Source: Chthonomonas calidirosea
GTDB taxonomy: Bacteria; Armatimonadota; Fimbriimonadia; Fimbriimonadales; Fimbriimonadaceae
NCBI GenBank assembly: GCA_945859975.1
Contig: CAMAPH010000008.1
Coordinates: 16,121-80,120, forward strand
Length of the DNA: 64,000 nucleotides
Direction of reading: 5' to 3'
Below the pieces are notes generated by a model. The model saw only the letters and a list, made by a program, of their open reading frames with translations, was not told the DNA's origin and ran no database searches. Positions 43,137-52,774 of the stretch are shown in pieces (position 1 is the stretch's first letter; each line of letters begins with the position of its first letter). The translations under genes were made by a program, and so were the position numbers.

Positions 43137-44056
43137 CCGTCAAGTTCAGCGCCCCCGGCCGCTGCGGCATTATCGGCAACCCGAGCGACATCTACGGCGG
43201 AAGGGTCCTCTCCTGCTCCCTCCCGCTCCGGAACAGCGTTATGATCCAAACCGGCAAAACCGCCGAACCGAATCTGCCCGACGACCGGCGGCTCTGGAAC
43301 GCCGCTCTAGCCGAGCTGCCGCTAAGCGTTCCGGTGAAATCGGTCGAGTACCACAGCGAGGTACCAAAATCCAGCGGCCTCGCCGGGTCAACTGCCCTGC
43401 TCTCCGCCCTCGTCGCCGCGATCCGCTTCTTGCGAAACGAGCCGTTCCACCCCAGCCCAGAGCTGGCCGAGCAGGTTCGGTACATCGAGCGACACCACGC
43501 CGAGGTCATGTGCGGCTACCAAGACGCCTACATGACCGTCCACGGCGGCCTGCAACTGATGAACTTCGCTGGAAAGCACCCGGTCCAACCCGGCCCCGCC
43601 GCTTCCCTGAAACCGATCGAAGCCGAACTGCCGTTCCTGATCATCACCACCGGCGTCGAGCGCCTCAGCGGCAGCGTCCACGGCCCCATGTCGGAACGCT
43701 GGCTAGAAGGTGAGACCGCTGTTGTAGACGGAATCGCCGCCATCTCCGCCCTCGCCGAGCCCGGCGCAGCCGCGCTTCAATCCGGCGACTGGAGCACCCT
43801 AGCCGCGGCGATGACCGAAAACCAGCGCATCATCCGCGAACTCGGCGGATCGGGCGACCAGATCGACGAACTGATCGCCCGCTGTCTGGAGCACGGAGGT
43901 TTCTCGGCCAAACTCGCCGGAGCCGGCTTGGGCGGAACGGTCATCGCGCTCACGCAAGACGCCGCAGGGTTAGAAGAAAAGCTCAGGGAAAATGGCTACT
44001 CCCGATTCACCCGACCCGTGATTTCCGAAGGCGTTCGACAAGAAACTTCGGGGTAA
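43127..44056 (+). CDS. GHMP sugar kinase, glucuronokinase-like
   Basis: APGR.GIIGNPSDIYGG, VPKSSGLAGS, CGYQD, AKLAGAG.GG; ATG overlaps the upstream gene end. Confidence 0.85.
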   Translation: MELTVKFSAPGRCGIIGNPSDIYGGRVLSCSLPLRNSVMIQTGKTAEPNLPDDRRLWNAALAELPLSVPVKSVEYHSEVPKSSGLAGSTALLSALVAAIRFLRNEPFHPSPELAEQVRYIERHHAEVMCGYQDAYMTVHGGLQLMNFAGKHPVQPGPAASLKPIEAELPFLIITTGVERLSGSVHGPMSERWLEGETAVVDGIAAISALAEPGAAALQSGDWSTLAAAMTENQRIIRELGGSGDQIDELIARCLEHGGFSAKLAGAGLGGTVIALTQDAAGLEEKLRENGYSRFTRPVISEGVRQETSG

Positions 44057-44066
44057 CGTTTCGGGC

Positions 44067-44897
44067 ATGACCGACTTTGTTCTCACCGGTTTCGCCGACG
44101 AAATCAGCCCCGACCTCGGAGTCCAGCTCGACACCATCTCCGGCCTCGGCATCAAAGGTCTCGACCTCCGCGGCGTCAATGGCCTCAACGTGCTGGCCCT
44201 ATCCGACGATGACTTGAAGACAGTGAAGGAAAAGTGCGATCAATTCGGCCTCCACGTCAGCTGCATCGGCTCCCCGGTCAACAAGGTTGGCCTTACTCCG
44301 GAAAACCGAAAGGGCGAATTCGAAAAGCTCGAAAAGGCCATCCACGCCGCCAAACTCACCGGCACCGATCGAATCCGCTTCTTCAGCCCCGAAGTCGGCC
44401 CGGACGAAAATGAATCCAAGCGCGATGATGTCCTCGACTGGGTCCGCGAGCAAGTCGCCCTCGCCACCGACCACGGCATGATCCTCCTCCACGAAAACGA
44501 CGGCCGATTCTGGGGCGCCTATCCGGAGAACGCCAAAATTCTCTTCGAGGAAATCACCACGAAGCACCTCGTCGCCGCCTTCGACTTCGCCAACACCGTC
44601 CTCATCGGCTACCGCCCAATGACCGACTGGTTCCCCTGGCTCCTTCCCCACCTCCACACCCTCCACATGAAGGACGCTCTCGAAGCCGAGCACAAAGTCG
44701 TCCCCGTCGGCCAAGGCGAAGGCCAGGTCGAGGAAACCCTCCGCTGGCTCATCGGCCAAGGCTGGAGCGGCCCGCTGACGCTGGAACCGCACCTCCAAGC
44801 CGCCGGCACTTTCGGTGGCTTCAGCGGCCCGCAGCTCTTCGAAGTCGCGACGAACGCGGTCAAAACGACCCTGCAAAAGGCTCACGAACCCGCATGA
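44067..44897 (+). CDS. Sugar phosphate isomerase/epimerase (AP2Ec TIM barrel)
   Basis: GFADEI, IGSP..K, HEN, FDFAN, HMKD, G.GEG, LEPHL. Confidence 0.88.
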   Translation: MTDFVLTGFADEISPDLGVQLDTISGLGIKGLDLRGVNGLNVLALSDDDLKTVKEKCDQFGLHVSCIGSPVNKVGLTPENRKGEFEKLEKAIHAAKLTGTDRIRFFSPEVGPDENESKRDDVLDWVREQVALATDHGMILLHENDGRFWGAYPENAKILFEEITTKHLVAAFDFANTVLIGYRPMTDWFPWLLPHLHTLHMKDALEAEHKVVPVGQGEGQVEETLRWLIGQGWSGPLTLEPHLQAAGTFGGFSGPQLFEVATNAVKTTLQKAHEPA

Positions 44898-45640
44898 AGT
44901 TCGGAATGTGCGGATCGCTCGACGAAGCCCCGCTGATCCTCGAGGCCGGCTTTGACTACGTCGAAGGCTGGGCAGCGAACCTGTTCTCGCCCACCGTCGA
45001 ACCCGACGCCCGAATCGCGGATAGCCGAATCATTCGAACCAACGGATTCTTCGGCGGCGACGTGAAGATCTACGACGCCACCCAAGCCGCCATCGACCGC
45101 GGCGTCGCCACTGCGCTCAACGCAGCCGAAGCGGGAGTCGAGCTGATGGTCGTCGGCAGCGGCGGCGCCCGCCGCGCCCCGGAAGGTGCCCCCGCTTCGG
45201 CCTACACGGCGATCTTCATGTCGGTGGTTGGCGCAATCCAAGCCTCAGTCGGCGACCGAATCATCCTTGCGCCAGAGCCGCTCAACCGATTCGAGTGCAA
45301 CGTAGGAACCGACCTTTCGGAAATGGCCGCACTCAGCGAGGTCGTAGGCTGCAAGTACTGCGCCGACTCCTACCACGTGCTCAAGGAATGGGCCGAAGAC
45401 GAGGTTCCGGCGACGATCCAGAACTGGCGCCTCGCCATGCCCTTCGCCCCCGCGCACGTCCACATTTCCGGTGGCGATCGCAAGCCACCACGAGCGGACG
45501 ACCCGGACCTGCAAACCTTCGTTGCCCGCCTCAAAGAGTTCGGCTACGACGGCACGGTCAGCGTTGAGGCCAGTCGCGAAGCGACGTTGGAGTCCTTCCA
45601 AGCAATCCTCGCCGAACTGCGCAATCTATTCGCCCGCTAG
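44894..45640 (+). CDS. Sugar phosphate isomerase/epimerase (tagatose epimerase-like)
   Basis: GFDYVE, GSGGAR, EPLNRFE, D.YH, HVH, R..P, GYDG.VSVE. Confidence 0.85.
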   Translation: MKFGMCGSLDEAPLILEAGFDYVEGWAANLFSPTVEPDARIADSRIIRTNGFFGGDVKIYDATQAAIDRGVATALNAAEAGVELMVVGSGGARRAPEGAPASAYTAIFMSVVGAIQASVGDRIILAPEPLNRFECNVGTDLSEMAALSEVVGCKYCADSYHVLKEWAEDEVPATIQNWRLAMPFAPAHVHISGGDRKPPRADDPDLQTFVARLKEFGYDGTVSVEASREATLESFQAILAELRNLFAR

Positions 45641-46545
45641 GCTGAAACGCGGAGGAAGCTGAGCAAATCGGCTTCCTCCAACTTCGGCTCACCCGGCGCG
45701 ACATTGTCCAGCTTCCCCGCCCGCATCCAAGCCTCCAATCGATCCACAAGGTCGAACAAGTGGTCAAACGATTCGACCCAAAACAGCACGGGTTGGAAGT
45801 GGTCGATCTCAAAAGACTGATTGATCACCCACTCCAGCTGAAGCGGATACCTCTGAACCTTTGGCGAAACGATGGAATGCTCGATCTCGCCGTAGCTGCT
45901 CAACAGGCCGCTGCCGTAAACCTTCAGCCCTTTCGGGCTATTCATGAGCCCGAACTCGATGGTGAACCAGAAGAACCGCGCCATCGCCTGGATGATGCTG
46001 GTCAGGCGTTGAATACGCTCGGTTTCGTCCGAGATGCTGTTCACGATCTCCGCCGCCGTATGCGCGCAGTCTCCAAACCGAACTAAAGCATCGGCAAAGG
46101 CGCGATCCGTATGCATCGGAACGTGCCCAGCGATATCGTGGAAGATGTCCGGCTCGGGCAAGTAATCCAGTCGGTCGCTGCGCCGAATCGTAATGGTCGT
46201 TGGGAACTCACGATTCCTCAAGCAGTCGAAAAACAGAAACGCCGGAACGTAGCCACTGACCGCTTTAGCTCGGAATCCCGTAAGCGGATCCAGGAACCGG
46301 TTAACGTCTTCTAGCCGAGGCACTTGATTCGGATCGAGGCAGAGTGACTCGATCCCTTTAAGAAACCACGCGTTGGCGTATAGCTCCCATCGAGGCTGCA
46401 TCCGCTCGAATAGGCGCGCCCACGCCAAGTGGTTCTCCTCCGAGTAGAGCTCGAACGGCTGCTGAATATAAAGCTGGCCGCTGGCCTGCGCTTCCTCGAT
46501 AAAGGGCGACTCCGTTGTCGTGAGACCGCTTAATCTCGTTGCCAC
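45637..46545 (-). CDS. phhA: Phenylalanine 4-hydroxylase
   Basis: DYLPEPDIFHDIAGHVP, FWFTIEFGL, YGSGLLSSYGE. Confidence 0.93.
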   Translation of the reverse strand: MATRLSGLTTTESPFIEEAQASGQLYIQQPFELYSEENHLAWARLFERMQPRWELYANAWFLKGIESLCLDPNQVPRLEDVNRFLDPLTGFRAKAVSGYVPAFLFFDCLRNREFPTTITIRRSDRLDYLPEPDIFHDIAGHVPMHTDRAFADALVRFGDCAHTAAEIVNSISDETERIQRLTSIIQAMARFFWFTIEFGLMNSPKGLKVYGSGLLSSYGEIEHSIVSPKVQRYPLQLEWVINQSFEIDHFQPVLFWVESFDHLFDLVDRLEAWMRAGKLDNVAPGEPKLEEADLLSFLRVSA

Positions 46546-46570
46546 AGGTCTAGGATATCACTTGGACCGG

Positions 46571-47440
46571 CTACTGGACGCTCTCGCTAGCCCAATTAAA
46601 GCCCGCGGCCCTAAAATCGATTCGCCGGCCATTCGCGTCTTCGCAGGTCTCTCTGCCGCACGGGTGAAGCTGGTTGACGGAAGCCGAATCGGCATGGCCA
46701 TCGAAGTAGCTCACATTGGATCGCGTTCCAAAGAAGCCCTTAAAATTTTTGCCCCAGTAGTTGGCCATCGCTGGCTCCGTATCCGAGCCGTGCTCGCAAT
46801 TGCCGTCCACACAACCACCGGGCCATTGGGTTCCGATTGATGGGAAGTCGCTCCACATGGCCACTTTGGCGATGTTTGCGATTCTTGCTGAGCTCTGCGT
46901 GATGCCTAGATCGACCGCCGCAATGGTGAGCGGGTCACCCCAGTGAGGACCGATGCAAGTAGCCCCACCCGCACGCTCCGTGAGAGAGTCGTTCCACTGG
47001 TAATCCAACGGTGGATAGACGTCGGCGAAGAACTCCTTTCGACCAAGGGCCGACTTTGCAATGTTTCCCACGCAGTTCGAGCTCGGATCCTCCATGAAAT
47101 TCCCAAAGGGGTTGTTGCCTTGGCGTTGTTGCCAGGTTCCAATGCCAAATGGTGAGACGGGATTTTTGAAGATTGATCGACTCTTCGTGTACGGTATGAA
47201 TCGAGCCGCGTTGGCGTAAAAGTCGGGCCAAGGGCAGAATGGAGTCGTATCGTCGTGGTCGCTGCTGTACAGCAAAGCGCCGACCGTGGACTGCTTCAAG
47301 TTCGAGAGATCAACTTCTTTTTTTGCGGCAGATTTTGCTTGTGCCAGCACGGGAAGCAACATGCCTGCAAGGATCACCGTGATCGCCATAACGACGAGCA
47401 GCTCGGTGAGTGTGAATCCTCGCTTCAAATTTCCTTGCAT
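46571..47440 (-). CDS. Prepilin-type N-methylation / H-X9-DG-type (DUF1559-like) protein 2
   Basis: KRG|FTLTELLVV, AQAK..AK....LSNLKQ, Y..D.DD, SNVSYFDGHA. Confidence 0.9.
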   Translation of the reverse strand: MQGNLKRGFTLTELLVVMAITVILAGMLLPVLAQAKSAAKKEVDLSNLKQSTVGALLYSSDHDDTTPFCPWPDFYANAARFIPYTKSRSIFKNPVSPFGIGTWQQRQGNNPFGNFMEDPSSNCVGNIAKSALGRKEFFADVYPPLDYQWNDSLTERAGGATCIGPHWGDPLTIAAVDLGITQSSARIANIAKVAMWSDFPSIGTQWPGGCVDGNCEHGSDTEPAMANYWGKNFKGFFGTRSNVSYFDGHADSASVNQLHPCGRETCEDANGRRIDFRAAGFNWASESVQ

Positions 47441-47614
47441 ACCGCGGTGCCCCAAAACTTAGTGATTTGTATATCACAAATTTCAAGGCAGTCACGGTCA
47501 CGGGAAAGGGAAAAAGCCTAGCTTCGGATTTCCGTGCGATTCGTACCTTGATTTATAAGTCTTATTGAGCTTCGAATCGTCTGCCCGCCATTGAAAACGG
47601 GCAGTTCAGTTCTG

Positions 47615-47899
47615 TTAGCCGCCACCCGGAACGGGGGCTCCAGAATTTGAGTTGAGGACATCCTTGGCTTTTACACCACTGTCAGCCTCAATTTTCGCGT
47701 ACTCCTTTTCTTTCTCGGCCTGCGGCATCGGGCTGCTCGCGATCGCTCGAATCTTGTCTTCTGGGGACATTCGCGCGATTGCGTTTTTAGCGTCATCGCC
47801 AGACATGCCTGCGGGGGCATTTCCAGCGTCGCATCCCGTGACAGCGCCAATTGCGGCAACTGCCAAGAAAGCTAGAGCAAAGGTGTTTAGCTTAATCAT
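47615..47899 (-). CDS. Small lipoprotein (94 aa)
   Basis: MIKLNTFALAFLAVAAIGAVTGC lipobox. Confidence 0.8.
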   Translation of the reverse strand: MIKLNTFALAFLAVAAIGAVTGCDAGNAPAGMSGDDAKNAIARMSPEDKIRAIASSPMPQAEKEKEYAKIEADSGVKAKDVLNSNSGAPVPGGG

Positions 47900-47916
47900 A
47901 TCGTTTGGAAAAGGTA

Positions 47917-47940
47917 TGGAACCGCCGATAGGCGGTTCCA
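47917..47940 (-). terminator. Perfect 10-bp stem-loop after prepilin 1 (partial terminator or RNA stabiliser)
   Basis: TGGAACCGCC-GATA-GGCGGTTCCA. Confidence 0.7.
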
Positions 47941-47950
47941 AGTCGTTGAC

Positions 47951-48901
47951 TTACTGGTGCTCAGGAGCAGCCCAGTTAGTTCCCCACCAGTTGAACGCTC
48001 TACCGTTCTGCTCTGGGTGTGGAGCGCCTGCAGACCAACCGATGTTGGCTGGGTTGGATCCGCCTTCGCCACCGTTCCAGGTGTCGTTGAAGATCAGGTT
48101 GCCCTGCGCATTGACGTTTGGCAGAAGCTTCGTGACTTGGTAGTACTGAGCGTGACCGTCCATGTGAGCGACGTTCGAACCGCCGTTCCAGTATCCAGTC
48201 CGGAAGCCCCAGAACCCGCTGAGACCGTTCTGGTTGCCTGGCCAGGTATTTCCGCTTGGCGGGAAGTCGGACCAAAGAACTACCTTAGCGATGTTCACGA
48301 ACTGGGTCGTGCCTCCGCCAACGCCCTCTACTCCGCCGTTGCTTCCGCTACCCGAACCGCCCGAAGACGAGGTGTTTGGAGCTGGAGCGAAGTAGCCGTA
48401 TGCGCCAGTGCAAGGCCCCTGCTGGTATCCGAAAATGTTCGGGTTCAAGCGATAGTCCATTGCTGGATAGATGTCACTGTAATAGCGAGCGCCACCCACG
48501 ACGGAAGTCCCGAGTCCAACGCAACCGTCGTTTGGCGGGAGCATGTAACCAGGAGCTCCTCCAGCGAAACCATTGTCAGCCTTCTGTCGCTGAACAGCAC
48601 CCTGCCTTGCAGTGCTGGACGGGTTCTGGAAGATGTTTCGGTTCTTGGTGTATGGAAGAACACGTGCAGCAAACACGTAATCTTCTTGCCAGTTCGTGTG
48701 AGGCAGATAGTCGTCTGCGTCGTTGCTGTAAATCAACGATGCGGTCATGTTCTGCTTCAGGTTCGAAAGGTCAGAAGTCTTCTTTGCAGCAAGCTTAGCT
48801 TGAGCGAAAACTGGGAACAGGATAGCGGCAAGAATCGCGATGATCGCGATAACGACGAGAAGTTCAATGAGCGTAAAGCCCTGTCTGCGTTGACTCTTCA
48901 T
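47951..48901 (-). CDS. Prepilin-type N-methylation / H-X9-DG-type (DUF1559-like) protein 1
   Basis: [47 protein letters not shown]. Confidence 0.93.
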   Translation of the reverse strand: MKSQRRQGFTLIELLVVIAIIAILAAILFPVFAQAKLAAKKTSDLSNLKQNMTASLIYSNDADDYLPHTNWQEDYVFAARVLPYTKNRNIFQNPSSTARQGAVQRQKADNGFAGGAPGYMLPPNDGCVGLGTSVVGGARYYSDIYPAMDYRLNPNIFGYQQGPCTGAYGYFAPAPNTSSSGGSGSGSNGGVEGVGGGTTQFVNIAKVVLWSDFPPSGNTWPGNQNGLSGFWGFRTGYWNGGSNVAHMDGHAQYYQVTKLLPNVNAQGNLIFNDTWNGGEGGSNPANIGWSAGAPHPEQNGRAFNWWGTNWAAPEHQ

Positions 48902-48902
48902 G

Positions 48903-51014
48903 TTAGTTTGAGACTCCGGTTCTTTCTAGTGAATCGGCGTATAAGGACATGGCCCGTCTGGTTTTGACCTTCGGAGCAGAGATGGATGGTTCAGCCGGCA
49001 ACGGTCGCAAGATTGCGCTCGTCATCGGATCGAGGGTGAAATCGAGTTTGCGACCTGCGCCGCGGGGTGAAATTTTTTCTCCGGTAAGTGCGTTTTGCCA
49101 CTTAGCAGTCGGTAGTTGGCTTGTCGAAATCGAAACTGCTCGGCGCTCGTTGGAACGATTTAGCACGACAATCGCTGCGTCACCCTTACTCTTTCGAGCA
49201 AAAGCCAGCACGCCAGCCGCGTCATCGGAAGCAAGGCGAATTGGCTCACCTACTTCGAGCGCTTCGCTACTTTGGCGAATCTGACTCAACCGCTTATAGA
49301 ACTTCAGGAGATCGTTTTGCTCCGTCGCTTTGGACCACTCCATACCATGGCGATTTTGAGGATCAACCCCACCTTGCATACCGATTTCTTCGCCGTAGTA
49401 CACCGACGGAGTACCAGGCCAGGTGAACTGAACCGAAGCAGCTAACATCTGCTTTCTTTGATCCCCAGCGCAGAGGGTTAAAAACCTCGGCGTGTCGTGG
49501 CTAGACAGTAACAGCATCAGATTTCGGCTGACTTGCGGAACATAGCTGTCATAGACTCGGAAAAGCGTGTCGAGATACTGAGAGGCCGTGGTTCTCTCTT
49601 CCGCGATGAATCGCAAGTTTGCGTCGCGGAACTGATAGCCCATCATGGAATCCCACTGATCGCCACTTAGCCAGGCCCGCCCATCGCCCCAGTGCTCGCC
49701 CACAATCCATAGGTCTTTGTTCAAGCCTTTGACCTTCTTTCGGAAAGCACGCCAGAAGTCCATTTCAACTTCATTTGCAACGTCCAGCCGAACACCCTGC
49801 AGCCCAGGCGCAGTCTTGTACCAGAACGGAGCTACGGAGAGAAGATGTTCTCGCGTCTGCCGATTTGCTGTATTCAGCTTCGGCATACTTGGGAAGCCAA
49901 ACCAGGCTTCGTAATCAGGCTGGTTCTTAACCACGACCGGGAATTTCTTAATAAAGTACCAGTCGAGATACGTCGACTGCGGTCCTTTCTCAACAATATC
50001 GTTAAAGGCGAAGAATCTCGGTGACGTATGGTTCAGGCAAAGGTCTAGGATGTATCCAAGGCCCTGCGCCTTCATCGCTTTGCCAAGTCCGATGAACTCC
50101 GCGTTCGTTCCAAACTGCGGATCCAATTCGAAGTAGGTATCCGCCTCGTACCGGTGATTCGACGGCGACTTGAAGATTGGGTTGAAGTAGACCGTACTGA
50201 CGCCAAGAGACTTTAGGTAGGAGAGTTTGCTCTGAACGCCGGCGACGTCTCCACCAAATCGATTGCCATAGGTGGGAGTTCCGTCCCATGGCATCACGTC
50301 TTTGGGATCGTTATCCTTTGAGCCATTGGCAAAGCGATCGGGGAAAATCTGATAGACAATTCCACGACTCACCCAGGATGGCGTTACGAAGGCTGGGGTC
50401 TTGGCAGGATCAATCTGGTAGGTGCCAAGTTTGCGGTTCGCGGTTCCATCTTTCAACAGGATGCTGTAAGTAAACCGACCCGACTTTACAGGGACTGCGG
50501 CTTTAAAGCCTTCATACAACTCGTCACCAGCGATTCGGCTCATTGGCACCGTTCGACCGCCGATGAGCAGGCTTGCCGATGCAACGTCGGCCGTTCTAAC
50601 CCGAACTGAAACGTGCGCTTGTCCCTGATCGACATTGAAGTACGGGATCGCGGTCGAGTGTTTGATTGCGCTAGCCGTGATTCGCCCGTCACCGAGGGCA
50701 GCCGGAATTTTGAAGTCAGCGGGTTGCACGAACAGAAGCGAGTTCGTATTCCCGCCGCCATCGTCTTGTGATTTAGCCTTGGGATCAACAACCCAATTGC
50801 TGCCATTCAGGACAAACTTGTACTGATGCTGTCCAAGCGAAAGCGGAAGCGTGACCGTCCATGTGCGGCCATCCGGATCGACTTTCATCGGATTCTTGGC
50901 ATTGTTCCAGCCATTGAATGTCCCAGCAACATGAACCGAAGTCAGAGCAGTGTCTGCAACATAGCGGAATGTATGCAGCGAAGTTTCCGCCTGAGCCGCA
51001 GCCAACAGCATCAT
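48903..51014 (-). CDS. GH13 alpha-amylase / neopullulanase-cyclomaltodextrinase with N-terminal CBM48-like domain
   Basis: [50 protein letters not shown]. Confidence 0.93.
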   Translation of the reverse strand: MMLLAAAQAETSLHTFRYVADTALTSVHVAGTFNGWNNAKNPMKVDPDGRTWTVTLPLSLGQHQYKFVLNGSNWVVDPKAKSQDDGGGNTNSLLFVQPADFKIPAALGDGRITASAIKHSTAIPYFNVDQGQAHVSVRVRTADVASASLLIGGRTVPMSRIAGDELYEGFKAAVPVKSGRFTYSILLKDGTANRKLGTYQIDPAKTPAFVTPSWVSRGIVYQIFPDRFANGSKDNDPKDVMPWDGTPTYGNRFGGDVAGVQSKLSYLKSLGVSTVYFNPIFKSPSNHRYEADTYFELDPQFGTNAEFIGLGKAMKAQGLGYILDLCLNHTSPRFFAFNDIVEKGPQSTYLDWYFIKKFPVVVKNQPDYEAWFGFPSMPKLNTANRQTREHLLSVAPFWYKTAPGLQGVRLDVANEVEMDFWRAFRKKVKGLNKDLWIVGEHWGDGRAWLSGDQWDSMMGYQFRDANLRFIAEERTTASQYLDTLFRVYDSYVPQVSRNLMLLLSSHDTPRFLTLCAGDQRKQMLAASVQFTWPGTPSVYYGEEIGMQGGVDPQNRHGMEWSKATEQNDLLKFYKRLSQIRQSSEALEVGEPIRLASDDAAGVLAFARKSKGDAAIVVLNRSNERRAVSISTSQLPTAKWQNALTGEKISPRGAGRKLDFTLDPMTSAILRPLPAEPSISAPKVKTRRAMSLYADSLERTGVSN

Positions 51015-52033
51015 TCTAGTACCGCCTCTCGCCGACTGCTACCCCTGACGGATAGCGATGTCGGAACGATGACGCGTCGATCTTCCCAGGTGTCTTCGCC
51101 GTCCAAAATTTGCAACAGGCGAGCACAGGCAACGCGGACGATCTCGCCCATGTTCAAACTGACCGAGGACAAGCCGCCGTCAATCATCTCGCAAAGATGT
51201 GTATCGTTGAAGCTAACAAGCCCCAAGTTCTGAGGGACCTTTAGACGCATCTCTCGAGCCGCACCCACAACACCGAGCGCCATGTAGTCATCGAGAACCA
51301 CCAAGGCGTCTGGCGCGTCTCCTGAATTCAAAATGCTACGCGCAACTTCCCGCGCTGAAACCGCTCCAAAATCGGCATGCCAAATTCGGTCCGGCATGGA
51401 TCCGCCTCGTAGCGCGCGCTGATACCCCGCAACGCGATCGTCGCTCACGGTAACCCCAGTCCGACCGGCGAGCATGCCAATTTTCTTGTATCCCATGTCG
51501 ACCAAATGTCGAGTTGCGAGTTCGGCCGCTGCAACGTTGTCGTTATCCACGGAATGAATCTGGTTATTGTTGAGTGGATTCCCGATTAGGACGAAAGGAA
51601 AATTGTCCTGCTGCAGCCGACCGATCCGAAAGTCGGTTGCCTCACTTTCAACCAGGATCAGGCCGTCCACGCGGCGAGTCCGAAGCATTTCATCGTAGAT
51701 GTAGGATTGCCCTGCAACAGACGTGACCATGTCAAGGCAAAGGTGGTACGGCGAACCGTTCAGGACATCAAGAATTTCTGCGACCAATCCTGCAAAGAAC
51801 GGATCGTCACTCAGGCCGCCCATGGGGCGATTAAGCACAAGGCCAATCAAGTTAGTGCGCTTACTTCTAAGGGATCGAGCGCGCACATCCGGCTGGTAGT
51901 TGTGCGCCCGCATCGCTTCCACGACGCGGTCTCGAATGGCGGCTTCGACCTTTTCGTCACCCGCTAGGACGCGAGACACAGTTGCCTGTGAAACGCTTGC
52001 TATTCTTGCGATGTCCTGCTGCGTGACCCTCAT
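51011..52033 (-). CDS. LacI family transcriptional regulator (MalR-like)
   Basis: VT..DIA..A.VS.ATVSRVL, Y.P...ARSL, VD.DN, VP..L..VSFND. Confidence 0.95.
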   Translation of the reverse strand: MRVTQQDIARIASVSQATVSRVLAGDEKVEAAIRDRVVEAMRAHNYQPDVRARSLRSKRTNLIGLVLNRPMGGLSDDPFFAGLVAEILDVLNGSPYHLCLDMVTSVAGQSYIYDEMLRTRRVDGLILVESEATDFRIGRLQQDNFPFVLIGNPLNNNQIHSVDNDNVAAAELATRHLVDMGYKKIGMLAGRTGVTVSDDRVAGYQRALRGGSMPDRIWHADFGAVSAREVARSILNSGDAPDALVVLDDYMALGVVGAAREMRLKVPQNLGLVSFNDTHLCEMIDGGLSSVSLNMGEIVRVACARLLQILDGEDTWEDRRVIVPTSLSVRGSSRREAVLE

Positions 52034-52052
52034 AGGTTCTTCCGATCTCAAC

Positions 52053-52106
52053 TGTGAGAATACGAATTCTTGTCGACACTATACACAAGAATTCGTATTC
52101 TCACAA
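52053..52106 (-). promoter_or_regulatory. Twin LacI-type operators flanking a sigma70 promoter
   Basis: Perfect 21-bp inverted repeat (52053-52073 / 52085-52105); each arm holds AGAAT-A-CG-A-ATTCT; minus strand TTGTGA-17-TATAGT. Confidence 0.8.
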
Positions 52107-52169
52107 GCATTTCCGAAAATATTCTCAGAAATTTCTTCAGAGGTCGAGATTTGAGGGACGTAAAAAGCA

Positions 52170-52199
52170 AAAACCGGATGGTCTTCACCATCCGGTTTT
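52170..52199 (-). terminator. Intrinsic terminator after the response regulator
   Basis: AAAACCGGATGGT-CTTC-ACCATCCGGTTTT. Confidence 0.85.
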
Positions 52200-52224
52200 C
52201 TTTCACACAACAGGCGAGATTGCC

Positions 52225-52626
52225 TTAAATCTCGTAGCGCTTGGATCCAGAATCGTCTGTGCCCTGAGCAATTCTCTTGACGAACGTCACGAGTTCCATC
52301 GGGTTGAACGGCTTCGTAAGGTACATGTCCGCCCCGTAGTGATATCCCTCGAACACGTCCTTGTCCTGTGCCTTTGCCGTCAACATGATGACCGGGAGAT
52401 TTTCCGTCTCCGGCTCTCGACGAATCGACTTCAACACTTCGAAGCCATCCATGTACGGCATCATGACGTCAAGAACCACTAGGTTCGGCTTTTCTGCTCG
52501 GATCTTCTCCAAACCTTCTTTGCCATCGAACGCCGTTACCACTTGGTAACCCTGACGCTCCAAATTGACCTGAATAAGCCGCACAATGTGGCGCTCGTCA
52601 TCGCAAACCAAAACTTTCAACGCCAT
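52225..52626 (-). CDS. Single-domain response regulator (receiver)
   Basis: VLVCDDE, LDVMMP.MDG, MLTA, YLTKPF; no output domain. Confidence 0.93.
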   Translation of the reverse strand: MALKVLVCDDERHIVRLIQVNLERQGYQVVTAFDGKEGLEKIRAEKPNLVVLDVMMPYMDGFEVLKSIRREPETENLPVIMLTAKAQDKDVFEGYHYGADMYLTKPFNPMELVTFVKRIAQGTDDSGSKRYEI

Positions 52627-52774
52627 GAGTTGTCTTGTTCCTCTCATTCAGCGGGGCTAAGCCCAGCGCCGAACGCGGTCTATTCTACTCATATCTCCAG
52701 AGTTTGCGGAACGGTCCGCGAAATATTCTTCGGCATGGAAACGTGACCGGCCAATATCTGCGACAATCTGAGGC

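Noticed and set aside
47957..48967. 336-aa plus-strand ORF
   Set aside because: Antisense shadow of prepilin 1; no recognisable motifs
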